Assembly (NCBI GenBank): GCA_035623825.1 | Contig: DASPSR010000011.1 | Coordinates: 1,791 to 65,790 of the forward strand | Direction: 5' to 3' | Source: Nitrospirota bacterium | GTDB taxonomy: Bacteria; Nitrospirota; UBA9217 | Length of the DNA stretch: 64,000 nt | Shown: in pieces, positions 37,328-47,901 of the stretch | Layout: each line of letters opens with the position of its first letter | Numbering within the stretch: the first letter of the stretch is position 1 | Position numbers and translations under genes: made by a program | The notes under the pieces: model-generated | Told to the model about the DNA's origin: nothing | The model's database searches: none | The model's input: the letters and a program-made list of their open reading frames with translations, nothing else

Positions 37328-38452
37328 CTATCGATCCAGTATTGCGACGGTCACGAGACATGCATCGATAAGAAGCAATGCACCATAGGGTGGCATTGCT
37401 AAAGTGACAAGGCCAACAAGCAGCAGCGCAATACCGCCGAACAAGTGCAATCTCGATCGCGCATTCGGTACCAGCCACAGATACCAGCCCTGGGCAGCAA
37501 GGAAGAAAATTGGCCCTCCGCCAAGCATCAGGCTCAGCGCGAGCGAGGTGTATCCATACGGATGCGCGATCACTTCTCTATTCGCGACCGCCATGGCAAT
37601 GAGTCCAGCAACCATTACCATCACCGCCGTCACCGCATGGCGGCTGGCGCGGATAGGGTCGCTCGTCTTCTCCAAATGGCGAATGATGAGCCTGTGCGAT
37701 CCACCGTAGCTGAACGCCCATAGGGCAACTGTTCCTGCCATCGCCAACGTGCCTGTCACCAGGGTCATTGACGTCATGGAAGCAGCGGAGATCGCAGTGC
37801 CTGTTGTGAGCACTGTTTCCCCGAGCGCAATGAGCAGGAACAATCGACAACGTTCCAGCATGTGACCAGCGTCGAACTCGACGTTCTCGGACCGCAGCCG
37901 CCGCCCGGGAATGGGATGTGCCAGCCACCTGCCAATCTGATCGATCCCGGCAGCCAGAGCCCACCACAGCAGACGGTCTTCCGGGCTCATCGCCGCGCCG
38001 GCAATCCACAAAGGCGTCGTGGCGATCGCCCAGAGAAGCGTCCGAACATAGTGTTCTCGGAGCACCGTATGGGTTGCATATACGATCATCCAGACGGTGC
38101 GCCCCAGTTGGATCAGCAACATCGGAATTACGAAGGCCCAGCCAGAGATGGTGAAGGCCTTGGTCACCGAAGCATTCATGAACAGACCTAACAGCATCAC
38201 TGCGAGGACCAGCCAGCGGGTCTGGGATTGATCAGCCCGGATTATGGTGGCTGACCAGCTTGTTGTGAACCATGCCGCGAAGATCGCTAGCAGCATTACC
38301 AGCGTCTCGGCTCCACCGCGCCATGAAAGATGAGTAAACAGGTGTTGCGAGAGCTGCGATATGGCGAACGCGAACACGAGGTCGAAGAGCAACTCCAGTG
38401 GAGTGACCTCATGTTTCTGTCCCTGGATGTTGGGAGCGGAAGTGGCTTTCAT
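37328..38452 (-). CDS. LtrA (low temperature requirement A) family membrane protein
   Basis: N-terminal [20 protein letters not shown] signature. About 10 TM. Confidence 0.8.
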   Translation of the reverse strand: MKATSAPNIQGQKHEVTPLELLFDLVFAFAISQLSQHLFTHLSWRGGAETLVMLLAIFAAWFTTSWSATIIRADQSQTRWLVLAVMLLGLFMNASVTKAFTISGWAFVIPMLLIQLGRTVWMIVYATHTVLREHYVRTLLWAIATTPLWIAGAAMSPEDRLLWWALAAGIDQIGRWLAHPIPGRRLRSENVEFDAGHMLERCRLFLLIALGETVLTTGTAISAASMTSMTLVTGTLAMAGTVALWAFSYGGSHRLIIRHLEKTSDPIRASRHAVTAVMVMVAGLIAMAVANREVIAHPYGYTSLALSLMLGGGPIFFLAAQGWYLWLVPNARSRLHLFGGIALLLVGLVTLAMPPYGALLLIDACLVTVAILDR

Positions 38453-38538
38453 TTATCCTCACCTCTCACACGTCTACTTGCCGAACCATTCGGAGCGGTA
38501 CGATGGTTCCCTTGATCCTTGAAGCGGCTGAATGAGGC

Positions 38539-39078
38539 CTATACCTTTTTCCCCATCTCGTACGCTTGGCCCATCGCTTTACTTCCCTTGATGTCTCCCA
38601 TCTTCCAGGCGCCGGTACCATAGATGACCCCTTGTTCTCTTGCGCCGCTCAGGCAGGAAGTAAATCCTCTGAATCCTTCCAGGGTTCTCTCCAGTGCCTG
38701 CTTGCTGCTAGTTGCGGCGGCCATGATGAAATACATCTCCTTATTGCTGATAACTGTATATCTGGAAACAGTTCTGTCGATCAGTGTTTTCATCTCGCCG
38801 TTCATCATGTAAAAATAAACAGGCGTTGCCATCACGATCACATCGGCGGCTATCATTTTATCCAGGATCTCGGCCATGTCATCCTTCTGAACGCACTTGC
38901 CTCCGTTGCTTTGGCAGGTGCCGCATCCAGTGCAATAACTGATCTTCTTATCCCGCAGGAAGATCTTTTCCGCCTCATGGCCGGCCTCTTTCGCTCCCCG
39001 CAGGAACTGATCGCACAATAGATCGGAATTTCCGCCTTTTCTTGGGCTTGCAGACAATATCAATACTTTTTTTGACAT
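38539..39078 (-). CDS. Flavodoxin-like NAD(P)H-dependent FMN reductase / iron-sulfur flavoprotein
   Basis: MSKKVLILSASPRKGGNS....... and CTGCGTC motifs. Confidence 0.75.
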   Translation of the reverse strand: MSKKVLILSASPRKGGNSDLLCDQFLRGAKEAGHEAEKIFLRDKKISYCTGCGTCQSNGGKCVQKDDMAEILDKMIAADVIVMATPVYFYMMNGEMKTLIDRTVSRYTVISNKEMYFIMAAATSSKQALERTLEGFRGFTSCLSGAREQGVIYGTGAWKMGDIKGSKAMGQAYEMGKKV

Positions 39079-39165
39079 ATGCATTGTCCTCTCCATATTA
39101 ATATTTTATCAGTATTTGAACCCTTCCATGTCGAACTGGCTTTTTCCCCTCAAGGGCTATACCGG

Positions 39166-40218
<1,053 letters not shown>

Positions 40219-40339
40219 TCATATCCTACCCCTGGAAGAACGAGGGTGGGTAGACCAATCCTGTTCATTTCTTGCCTAATCCTCCGAAATGTTCTATAAT
40301 TGGGTTGACAATGCAGCAAAGTCTAGTAAGATTAAGGAT

Positions 40340-41317
40340 ATGGATATATCAATGAGAAAGCAGGCAGTCAAGCAGATGTTCAAGAATAACGAAATGGAAG
40401 CAGCGCTCGAAGCGCTGGGAATGAGCATTGCCCGATGGACCGATAAAGACGACCGGTTCGTGACAACGATTCCGGGATTGACGCTTTCCCGGCGGGATGA
40501 GCCGAGCCAGCCGGTGAGCATCATGTACGAACCTCGCATTTGCGTGATCGCACAAGGCGCTAAACGCGTGCTGCTCGGAGACGAGCCGTATGTGTATGAT
40601 GCGCACCATTTTTTGATCACGTCGGTGGATCTGCCAACGGTTGTGCAGGTTATCAAGGCGAGCAAGGAGAAGCCTTACCTGGGGCTCATATTGAAGCTCG
40701 ATCAGCGCGAGCTGTCACAACTGATGGTGGACAGCAATCTTCCGCCGCCGCGCCCTCAGCAATCGAGTCGCGGAATGGCGACCGGCGAGGTCACGCAGCC
40801 GTTGCTCGCCGCATTCCAGCGGTTGATCGACCTGCTTGATGAACCAAAGGATATCCCGATCCTCGCCCCGATCATCGAGAGGGAAATTTTTTACCGTTTG
40901 TTGGTGGGCGATCAGGGTTCGCGTCTGCGCCAGATGGCGTCGGTGGGAAGTCAGAGTCAACAGATATCGAGGGCAATAGATTGGTTGAAGGGCAACTTCA
41001 CACGGCCGCTGCGTATCGATAACCTCGCTTCGCACGTCAACATGAGCACATCAACCTTCCACCATCACTTCCGCGAAGTGACTGCCATGAGCCCGCTGCA
41101 GTACCAGAAATGGCTGCGTTTGAACGAAGCGCGGCGGCTGATGCTCGCCGAAAAGCAGGATGCGACAACCGCGGCATTCCAGGTCGGCTATGAAAGCCCC
41201 TCCCAATTCAGCCGCGAATACAGCCGATTGTTCGGTGCACCGCCGTTACGGGACGTCACGAGTTTACGACAGATTGCTAATAGCGAGAAGGGAAGAGAAC
41301 AAGCTGTAGCCGGATAG
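40340..41317 (+). CDS. AraC-family transcriptional regulator (AraC_N-type ligand domain), divergent from the aldo/keto reductase
   Basis: The C-terminal HTH_18 pattern FHHHFREVTAMSPLQYQKWLRLNEARRLM...VGYESPSQFSREYSRLFG. Confidence 0.85.
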   Translation: MDISMRKQAVKQMFKNNEMEAALEALGMSIARWTDKDDRFVTTIPGLTLSRRDEPSQPVSIMYEPRICVIAQGAKRVLLGDEPYVYDAHHFLITSVDLPTVVQVIKASKEKPYLGLILKLDQRELSQLMVDSNLPPPRPQQSSRGMATGEVTQPLLAAFQRLIDLLDEPKDIPILAPIIEREIFYRLLVGDQGSRLRQMASVGSQSQQISRAIDWLKGNFTRPLRIDNLASHVNMSTSTFHHHFREVTAMSPLQYQKWLRLNEARRLMLAEKQDATTAAFQVGYESPSQFSREYSRLFGAPPLRDVTSLRQIANSEKGREQAVAG

Positions 41318-41451
41318 AGGCATCACGCTGACTTTTATCCCATTCCTCTGGAGAGGAAACGTAAAACGAGAAAAAAAGGAATTTCAAATCAGAAGGCGCC
41401 ACTGTCACGGTAAATGGTAGTATTTAAAGATCTACAGAGGGATAATGGGGA

Positions 41452-42297
41452 GTGACTGCGAGAGAAGGAACGATACCAATAATCTCTGTAACGGGGAAGA
41501 CTTACTCTCTGTTTGGGAACGAACCCTCAACGGAAAACTATTACAGGAAGATAAGCACGCTTGCAGACCGCGTGTTGGAAAAGTGCCCCGATATCCTTGA
41601 TCTCGTCAAGGCCTTGGAACGGGCAAGCAGAAACAAGCGGTTTCTGAAAAAGCAGCTACGAACGTCCGGCACTTCCGGCAGCGAGCTTATCCATTTCGTC
41701 GTGACCGCCGCGCGAGATCAGCTCGCTCCCCATACTACCTTGGTCAATGCACATCTTCAAGAGCTATCGTTCCTGAAGCGATGGGACGGAACGCTCTTTA
41801 CTTCCGAAGAGCAGTACCACCTTTACATGCTCTTGGTCGAACTCGCGAACAGGGCCTGGAAAGAACCGTTCAGAACTGCGAAGCGCAAGATAGCCTTCTT
41901 ACCATATTGTCTTCGCGATCTAGGCGCTCAGTGCCGGTCCGGCCCTGGTGAACTTGATTATGTGTGCAAAGGCTGCTCCAAGGACTGCTTTGTCAACCGC
42001 GTGAGCGCACTTCTTCGAGGGAACCGCATTGAGCCCTATTTGTGGATGAATTCCAGCCTGAAATCGCTGCTGAGGGAGCTTCGGGACAGCGAAGGAAGAA
42101 TCGGTGTGCTGGGCGTGGCTTGCGTCCCAGAGTTGCTGCGCGGCATACAGCTGTGCATCGGACTGAACGTCCCCGTAGTGGGCATCCCCCTGAACGTGAA
42201 CCGCTGCATGCGATGGATGGGCGCATTCCATCCCACGTCGGTGGATTTCGACGCTTTGAACAAGCTGGTTGGGGACAGTCAAACGGAATATCGGTAA
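41452..42297 (+). CDS. DUF116-like protein
   Basis: GTG start. IAFLPYCLRD...C......Y.CKGCSKDC..N and VLGVACVPEL motifs. Confidence 0.6.
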   Translation: MTAREGTIPIISVTGKTYSLFGNEPSTENYYRKISTLADRVLEKCPDILDLVKALERASRNKRFLKKQLRTSGTSGSELIHFVVTAARDQLAPHTTLVNAHLQELSFLKRWDGTLFTSEEQYHLYMLLVELANRAWKEPFRTAKRKIAFLPYCLRDLGAQCRSGPGELDYVCKGCSKDCFVNRVSALLRGNRIEPYLWMNSSLKSLLRELRDSEGRIGVLGVACVPELLRGIQLCIGLNVPVVGIPLNVNRCMRWMGAFHPTSVDFDALNKLVGDSQTEYR

Positions 42298-42473
42298 TTT
42301 TCAGAGTTTTTCCTTTTTCAAGAATGCCTCGTTGAAATGCCCTCACACGACAGGATGAGTCTTCATCTGGAGAGAGGGAGTCAGATGGAAAAGAGAATGA
42401 TGACCATCGGTCCGGACAACGCGGGCTTTCGACCGTCTGTTATGACCTTGATCGGCTATCAAGAAGGAGAGTC

Positions 42474-43697
42474 ATGAACTTTTTGAGACTATTCATAACC
42501 ATTTGCACTGTAGCTGCTTTCAACGCAGCTTATGCCGACGATTCCAATTTAAAATTGTTGGCAGAAAGCAATTTAGCATTCGGCATAAATATGTATCAGC
42601 AGCTGAGAAAGCCGAACTCAAATTTGTTTTTCTCTCCGTTCAGCATATATGAGACATTATCGATGGTGAATGACGGTGCAGAAGGAGAAACAGCTTCTCA
42701 GATAAAAGAGGTGCTCCGGCCAGCTACAGGATTAGATATCCGTCAGGGCGTCAAGAATGCGAATATATTAATAGAAAACATGCAGAAAGATGGTCAAGGA
42801 GAAATTGCAGTAGCAAACTCAATCTGGCCCGACCGCGATTATCATTTTCTCGAACGTTATATATCTTTGCTCAAAGACATATATGGTGTACGGATCGAGC
42901 CTGTTGACTACAAGAAGGAAGATACCCGGGAAAAGGCGCAAAAAAAGATAAATCAGTGGGTTGAAGAAAAGACCAGAGGCAAAATCAAAAACTTGATTAG
43001 TAAGGACATGCTGGATGAGGATACACGGATGGTGCTGACAAATGCGATCTATTTTAAGGGTAATTGGGAAACGACCTTTGATAAGGCCGCCACTCGCAAG
43101 TTACCATTCCACAGAGATAATGGCTCCGATGTGACAGCGGATTTCATGAACAGAAGAGGAGTGTTCGGGTATACTGAAGTCGAAAAAGCGCAATTGTTGG
43201 AGATACCTTACAAAGGTGATAAAACTTCGATGGTGATTGTGCTTCCTGATTCTTCGTCTGAAATAAGGCAAATTGAGGATAAGTTATCAGTCGTACAACT
43301 CAGTGATTGGATGTCAAAAATGCAATATAGAAAGGTTGATGCCGTTATCCCCAAGTTTAAAATGGATTATGGCATATTGCTGAATGAGCCCCTCGAATCA
43401 TTGGGAATGAAACAGGCTTTCGATAAAAAACGTGCTGATTTCTCGGGGATGGACGGTTGTAACGCGCAAAAATGCTACCATTGGCTTTATGTCAGCAAAG
43501 GAATACATAAAGCATTCATATCTGTTGACGAAGAGGGTACGGAGGCCGCTGCTGCAACGTCAGTTCATATGGCGGAATTGACATCAGTAGGGCCACCAAC
43601 GCCGGTGTTCAAGGCGGATCATCCTTTCTTATTTTTTATTCGTGAAAGAGACAATGGTATCGTTCTGTTTATGGGGAGATTTGCCACACCGCAATGA
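42474..43697 (+). CDS. Secreted serpin (serine protease inhibitor)
   Basis: Signal peptide. FFSPFSIYETLSMV, inhibitory hinge EEGTEAAAAT, FKADHPFLFFIRE. Confidence 0.9.
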   Translation: MNFLRLFITICTVAAFNAAYADDSNLKLLAESNLAFGINMYQQLRKPNSNLFFSPFSIYETLSMVNDGAEGETASQIKEVLRPATGLDIRQGVKNANILIENMQKDGQGEIAVANSIWPDRDYHFLERYISLLKDIYGVRIEPVDYKKEDTREKAQKKINQWVEEKTRGKIKNLISKDMLDEDTRMVLTNAIYFKGNWETTFDKAATRKLPFHRDNGSDVTADFMNRRGVFGYTEVEKAQLLEIPYKGDKTSMVIVLPDSSSEIRQIEDKLSVVQLSDWMSKMQYRKVDAVIPKFKMDYGILLNEPLESLGMKQAFDKKRADFSGMDGCNAQKCYHWLYVSKGIHKAFISVDEEGTEAAAATSVHMAELTSVGPPTPVFKADHPFLFFIRERDNGIVLFMGRFATPQ

Positions 43698-43849
43698 TCA
43701 TGTGGAATGCAATCCACAGCTCATCATGCGCCTTGAACAACAACCCTGATCTGCAATCAAGCGTGCTGTTCAGCGCACGCTATAGTGCATTCCTGGAACC
43801 CTTGCAGTTGCGCTTTCCGCAAACATGTAAGTTGCGACTGGGAAGAAAT

Positions 43850-44530
43850 ATGTCTCCGCCGGGATGGAATATCATGAGCATTTCTCGGGTAATAACCCAA
43901 CGCGGGCAGTCTCGAAAGGAAGAAATCGCGAACAGTATCAGTCACGGAGTAGGTCTTGCAGCGGCGATCATTGCAGCCCCGTTTCTCATCGCGAACGCAT
44001 TACCGGCCGGAAATAAAGAATTTCTGGTCGGGACGAGCCTGTTCGTCGCGACTATGGTGCTGCTGTACCTTGCTTCTGCCTTATATCACGCTCTTCCAAC
44101 AGGCAAAGTCAAACAACGGATGCAGGTTATCGAGCACTCTGCGATCTTTCTCCTCATCGCCGGCACCTATACGCCGTTCACACTGGGCGCACTGCGTGGC
44201 GCCTGGGGCTGGACACTCTTGGGGCTCGTCTGGGGTCTCGCCATCGCCGGGGTATCGCTTAAGGCATTTTACGGGATTTCCCATCCCAGAGTATTTACCT
44301 GCCTTTATCTGTTTATGGGATGGCTTGTCCTGATCGCAGTAAAACCCTTGTATGTCCACATACCACTACCCGGCCTGGTATGGCTGGCAGCAGGAGGCGT
44401 GGCTTACACGGTAGGTGTGGCTTTCTATGCTGCTGGTTCGCGCCTCAGATACAGCCACTTTATCTGGCATTTGTTTGTCATGGGGGGAACTGCATGTCAT
44501 TATTTTGCAGTGTTCCGGTATGCGGCGTAA
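43850..44530 (+). CDS. Hemolysin-III/PAQR family channel protein
   Basis: EEIANSISHGVG near the N-terminus. 7 TM. HFIWH near the C-terminus. The start is ambiguous (43850 or 43874). Confidence 0.8.
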   Translation: MSPPGWNIMSISRVITQRGQSRKEEIANSISHGVGLAAAIIAAPFLIANALPAGNKEFLVGTSLFVATMVLLYLASALYHALPTGKVKQRMQVIEHSAIFLLIAGTYTPFTLGALRGAWGWTLLGLVWGLAIAGVSLKAFYGISHPRVFTCLYLFMGWLVLIAVKPLYVHIPLPGLVWLAAGGVAYTVGVAFYAAGSRLRYSHFIWHLFVMGGTACHYFAVFRYAA

Positions 44531-44714
44531 TAGGGTCCTCGCAAGTGGACCGTCCGGTTCGCTCATCAAAAATAACTCTGATGATAAATCTCTTCCTGAA
44601 CTTGTTATGGTTGCGTTCGTTGGCAACACCGATACTTCATGTCAAATTATTGCATCCTTTTGCCGAAGGACTTTATCTGCCGTTGATCCAGAGAAAGGGG
44701 TGTAAAAAAGTAAC

Positions 44715-44770
44715 TACCCTAAAAATACCCGCCCTGACTCCTTGACCGCATCAATAATTTATGCTTTTAT
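44715..44770 (+). promoter_or_regulatory. Promoter module with TACCC-N6-TACCC repeat (upstream of GEMM-I no. 1)
   Basis: TACCCTAAAAATACCC (44715-44730), 11 nt, TTGACC, 17 nt, TTTTAT. Same geometry as at 27172. Confidence 0.45.
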
Positions 44771-44865
44771 ACAAATATAAATCCGTCAACACGTAACTCA
44801 TGTTCTCAATATTTTTTAGAAAAAAAAGGTTACGGTTAATTTAAATCCCTGAACACAAGATAACA

Positions 44866-44944
44866 CGATAAAGCCAAACCCTTCGCGAGAGGGGGACGGA
44901 AAGCGGCGGGTCTTAGAAGACAAAGATGGCCGAGCTGCCGAAGG
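44866..44944 (+). promoter_or_regulatory. GEMM-I (c-di-GMP-I class) riboswitch aptamer no. 1
   Basis: AAAGCCAAACC-CUUC-GCGA(GNRA)-GAGGGG-GACGGAAAGC-GGCGGG..hairpin..GGCCGAGCUGCCGAAGG. Matches the remembered GEMM-I consensus (GCAAACC..GNRA..GGGACGCAAAGCC....GCUGCC). Confidence 0.7.
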
Positions 44945-44973
44945 ATAGACCTCCGGTATGCACGGCCTTTTTT
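44928..44973 (+). terminator. Terminator / expression platform of GEMM-I no. 1
   Basis: GGCCGAGC...GCACGGCC (one mismatch) followed by TTTTTT. The 5' arm lies inside the aptamer. Confidence 0.6.
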
Positions 44974-45135
44974 GTTCATCTTCGGAGCCAAAAGAATATA
45001 AGAGGAAATGGCATTACCTCTTAGCTGATACATGATCGCGTTCCGTTATTGCGGGAATTTAGAGGCTCATAGATAAAACGACGCGAGGCAAGCGGGGTTT
45101 GTCGGGGGACGGGAAGCTCAGCATATCAGAAATAT

Positions 45136-45438
45136 ATGACGAAGTGTAGCCAAGATAGCCTATCCGTAATCATCGGATGTTTTGCGGCGCACGCGGCTGT
45201 TCCGCATTCTGGATCAAAACCGCACTCCGGCCAAATGGACCAACCCGGCGCGACCAAGACAACCGCAGGGGGCACCCATGTCGATTGCATTTATGGGCGG
45301 GTTGATGAAGAGAACGGTGCTATCGGCATCGTCGAGATTGTGGGAACGCAGGAAGAGAAACCCTTTAGATCCCTTGAAGAGCTTTTAATAATCTTGAACA
45401 CGGCAGAGGTAGGTGCACTGATCAAGTGGGAAAGGTAA
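45136..45438 (+). CDS. Hypothetical small protein
   Basis: The C-terminal IGIVEIVGTQEEKPFRSLEELLIIL resembles a recurrent (V/I)EHV.TGE...F.SLEEL..FL motif of small bacterial proteins. Start uncertain (45136 or 45235). No clear RBS. Confidence 0.3.
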   Translation: MTKCSQDSLSVIIGCFAAHAAVPHSGSKPHSGQMDQPGATKTTAGGTHVDCIYGRVDEENGAIGIVEIVGTQEEKPFRSLEELLIILNTAEVGALIKWER

Positions 45439-45607
45439 TAAAGTAACGCAAAATTGAACGCGGACCCGAGATAGCGGTTAAAATAAAAGAAAAGAATAAC
45501 ACTAGTCCGAGTTCGTGCTACGCATTTCCTTTTGAAGTTATTATTTTGAATTATTATTGCTCGCTATCGAATTCATCCAGAATTTATGAATAAACTTGAG
45601 GTATCAT

Positions 45608-46333
45608 ATGATGCAGGATAAGAGGCGGCATAAGAGATTCAGGTTGGACGTTGTGGAAATAAACGGCAAGATGATCCTCGCTCAAAAAGTCGAAATCATC
45701 GACATTAGTCAAGGTGGAATTGCCCTAAAAACGGACAGGAGGTTGAATGTTGGCAAAGAATATTTGATCACGCTGGGAGACAAGAGGAGCCATATCGATG
45801 TGAAGGGCATTGTCGTTCGTTGCGAATTAAGCAATATTGAGAAAAGAAGCAATGGGGAACAGATCCCCATGTACGCGGCGGGGATGATGTTTAAAGATGT
45901 TCCGCTGGATAAAATCACCGATCTCCTTAATTCGGTCGATAAACATAAAAAGGAAGCACTAGTGATAGTTGATCGGAGGCTCGCTGTCAGGTTTTATATC
46001 ACGACGCCCTGGGAGAAGATCCTGAGCTTTCCGGCCCAGTTCAAAGTGAAAGATATCAGCCTGAGCGGCATGCTCATCCAAACCGAAGATGCTTTGGGAA
46101 TGGGATGTATGATACCGATGGGGTTGTCCCTCAAGGCTGATAACCCTGTCAGTTTTATCGGTAAAGTCGCCTCATGCCGGAGTGCGGGAGATAAGGAGAA
46201 GGCTTTCTATGAAATAGGCGTGGAGTTCACAGATTTAACGGATGAGGGCAGAACATTACTCAAGCAATTCATAGACTACATGGCATTGTTGGACATCAAT
46301 ACAGGAGAAGTAAAGAGTACATTATCAGGGTAA
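45608..46333 (+). CDS. Tandem PilZ-domain protein (c-di-GMP receptor)
   Basis: Domain 1 has RRHKR ... DISQGG. Domain 2 has RRLAVR ... DISLSG. These are RxxxR and DxSxxG motifs, each present twice. Confidence 0.8.
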   Translation: MMQDKRRHKRFRLDVVEINGKMILAQKVEIIDISQGGIALKTDRRLNVGKEYLITLGDKRSHIDVKGIVVRCELSNIEKRSNGEQIPMYAAGMMFKDVPLDKITDLLNSVDKHKKEALVIVDRRLAVRFYITTPWEKILSFPAQFKVKDISLSGMLIQTEDALGMGCMIPMGLSLKADNPVSFIGKVASCRSAGDKEKAFYEIGVEFTDLTDEGRTLLKQFIDYMALLDINTGEVKSTLSG

Positions 46334-46520
46334 GCTGCAGGGGCAGTGTCTGTATCACTCATCCGGCTGCGAGTGGGCTTTATCGTTTTATTCATCACAT
46401 CCCGAAGTTCCTGACGAGTGCCAATATCCGCAATTAAATGTTTCATATTGAATTATTGTGTTCTCCGCTGGAGAACATCACCTTATAGCAATCTATAAGC
46501 ACAGGGTGTAAAAAAGTAAC

Positions 46521-46576
46521 TACCCTGAAAATACCCGTACTAATCCGTTGACGCCAACTATATTTTATGCTTTCAT
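46521..46576 (+). promoter_or_regulatory. Promoter module with TACCC-N6-TACCC repeat (upstream of GEMM-I no. 2)
   Basis: TACCCTGAAAATACCC (46521-46536), 11 nt, TTGACG, 17 nt, TTTCAT. The 20 nt upstream are also shared with the 44.7-kb copy. Confidence 0.45.
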
Positions 46577-46665
46577 TCAATTATCTGTCTGTTACCACAT
46601 TACTCGATATTCTGAAAATTTTTCAGAATAAAATGCACTTCGTTCCACCTGAACACATGATGGCC

Positions 46666-46744
46666 CGATAAAGCCAAACCCTTCGCGAGAGGGGTGCGGA
46701 AAGCGGCGGGTCTTAGAAGACTAAGACGGCCGAGCTGCCGAAGG
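46666..46744 (+). promoter_or_regulatory. GEMM-I riboswitch aptamer no. 2
   Basis: Same core as no. 1. The internal helix GUCUUAG/CUAAGAC is perfectly paired. Confidence 0.7.
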
Positions 46745-46774
46745 ATAAAAACCTCTGGTATGCTCGGCCTTTTT
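46728..46774 (+). terminator. Terminator / expression platform of GEMM-I no. 2
   Basis: GGCCGAGC (46728-46735) pairs perfectly with GCTCGGCC (46762-46769), followed by TTTTT. Confidence 0.7.
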
Positions 46775-46875
46775 ATTTATCGCAGGATTAGACAGCAATA
46801 CAGTTAAAGGGGTGTACAAAGATCCTTCTTATGAAGCAAGGATATTCTATCCTTCACGTACAAAAGGAGGCAAGA

Positions 46876-47277
46876 ATGGAAGAAGAAGCCCGCATAAGAT
46901 ATTTAAAAATTGTGTTGGTGGTTATCGGTGTGTTCTGTGTCATCTGTGTTTATCCGCTTACTATATATTGGCCGTCCGGCTGGGCTTGGCATGCACAAGG
47001 TCAGTCGCTCTACCTGCAGATGATCCTTGGGATCTACGCGACACTCGGTGTGTTCCTGATTATTGCTGCCCAGAATCCTCTCGAACACCTGAGCATTATC
47101 TGGTTTTGGGTCTGGTCAAGCATCGTCCATGGAGGGATCATGGCGGTTCAGTCAGTAGTCTATCCCGAACATATGGGGCATCTTTTCGGCGATGTCGCCG
47201 TTCTGCTCATATCTGCTTTGATAGTAGCAGTGCTCACTCCGAGAAGAAAAATGCGGATAGCCCCAGGTCAAAAATAG
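46876..47277 (+). CDS. Hypothetical 4-TM membrane protein
   Basis: ATG 46876 behind AAAGGAGG. Hydrophobic helices. Confidence 0.55.
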   Translation: MEEEARIRYLKIVLVVIGVFCVICVYPLTIYWPSGWAWHAQGQSLYLQMILGIYATLGVFLIIAAQNPLEHLSIIWFWVWSSIVHGGIMAVQSVVYPEHMGHLFGDVAVLLISALIVAVLTPRRKMRIAPGQK

Positions 47278-47461
47278 ATTAAAGAGAATTAAGGTAACAT
47301 TTGCGGAATCCAAAGTGAAAAAAAAGAAACAGGGATGATAAGCGCTTTCAAAATGAAGTCATATTCCTCATGAGCGTCATCTGCATTTACGATCATAGGA
47401 AGATAGTCGTCGAGAATAGCTGCCGCACCGGCACATGGCTTGTCAGAAGGGAGGGTCGAGC

Positions 47462-47755
47462 ATGGCAACGCATATTGTTTTGATGAAATTGACAGAGCAG
47501 GGAATCAAGAACATCAAGGACGCACCCAAGAGAGTTGATGCCGCCTCCAAAGCAATTGAAGAAATGGGAGGCAAAATGACGGGCTTCTACTTTACTATGG
47601 GCGAGTATGACTATGTTGTTATTGTGGAAGGCCTCAGTGACGAAGCCGGGGCGTCTTTCTTGTTGAAACTTGGCTCCCTTGGAAACGTCAGGACAACGAC
47701 GCTAAAAGCATTTACCAGGCAGGAATTTGCTGGAATAGTTAAGAAGCTGCCTTAA
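47462..47755 (+). CDS. GYD-domain protein
   Basis: MATHIVLMKLTEQG.......P.R.......IE..GGK....Y.TMGEYD.V.IVE matches the GYD family. Confidence 0.8.
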   Translation: MATHIVLMKLTEQGIKNIKDAPKRVDAASKAIEEMGGKMTGFYFTMGEYDYVVIVEGLSDEAGASFLLKLGSLGNVRTTTLKAFTRQEFAGIVKKLP

Positions 47756-47901
47756 TCCCGTTGGCGAGGGCAAGAAGTCACAGCACACTTATTAGTCTAC
47801 TGCTAGTGCGTCCATCGCTTCTTTTTACACAGTATTGGTGAAAGCAGGATTGACAATACCTGCTAATACTAGTGCGTCTAATGCGGCTTTAAGGGAGGAC
47901 T

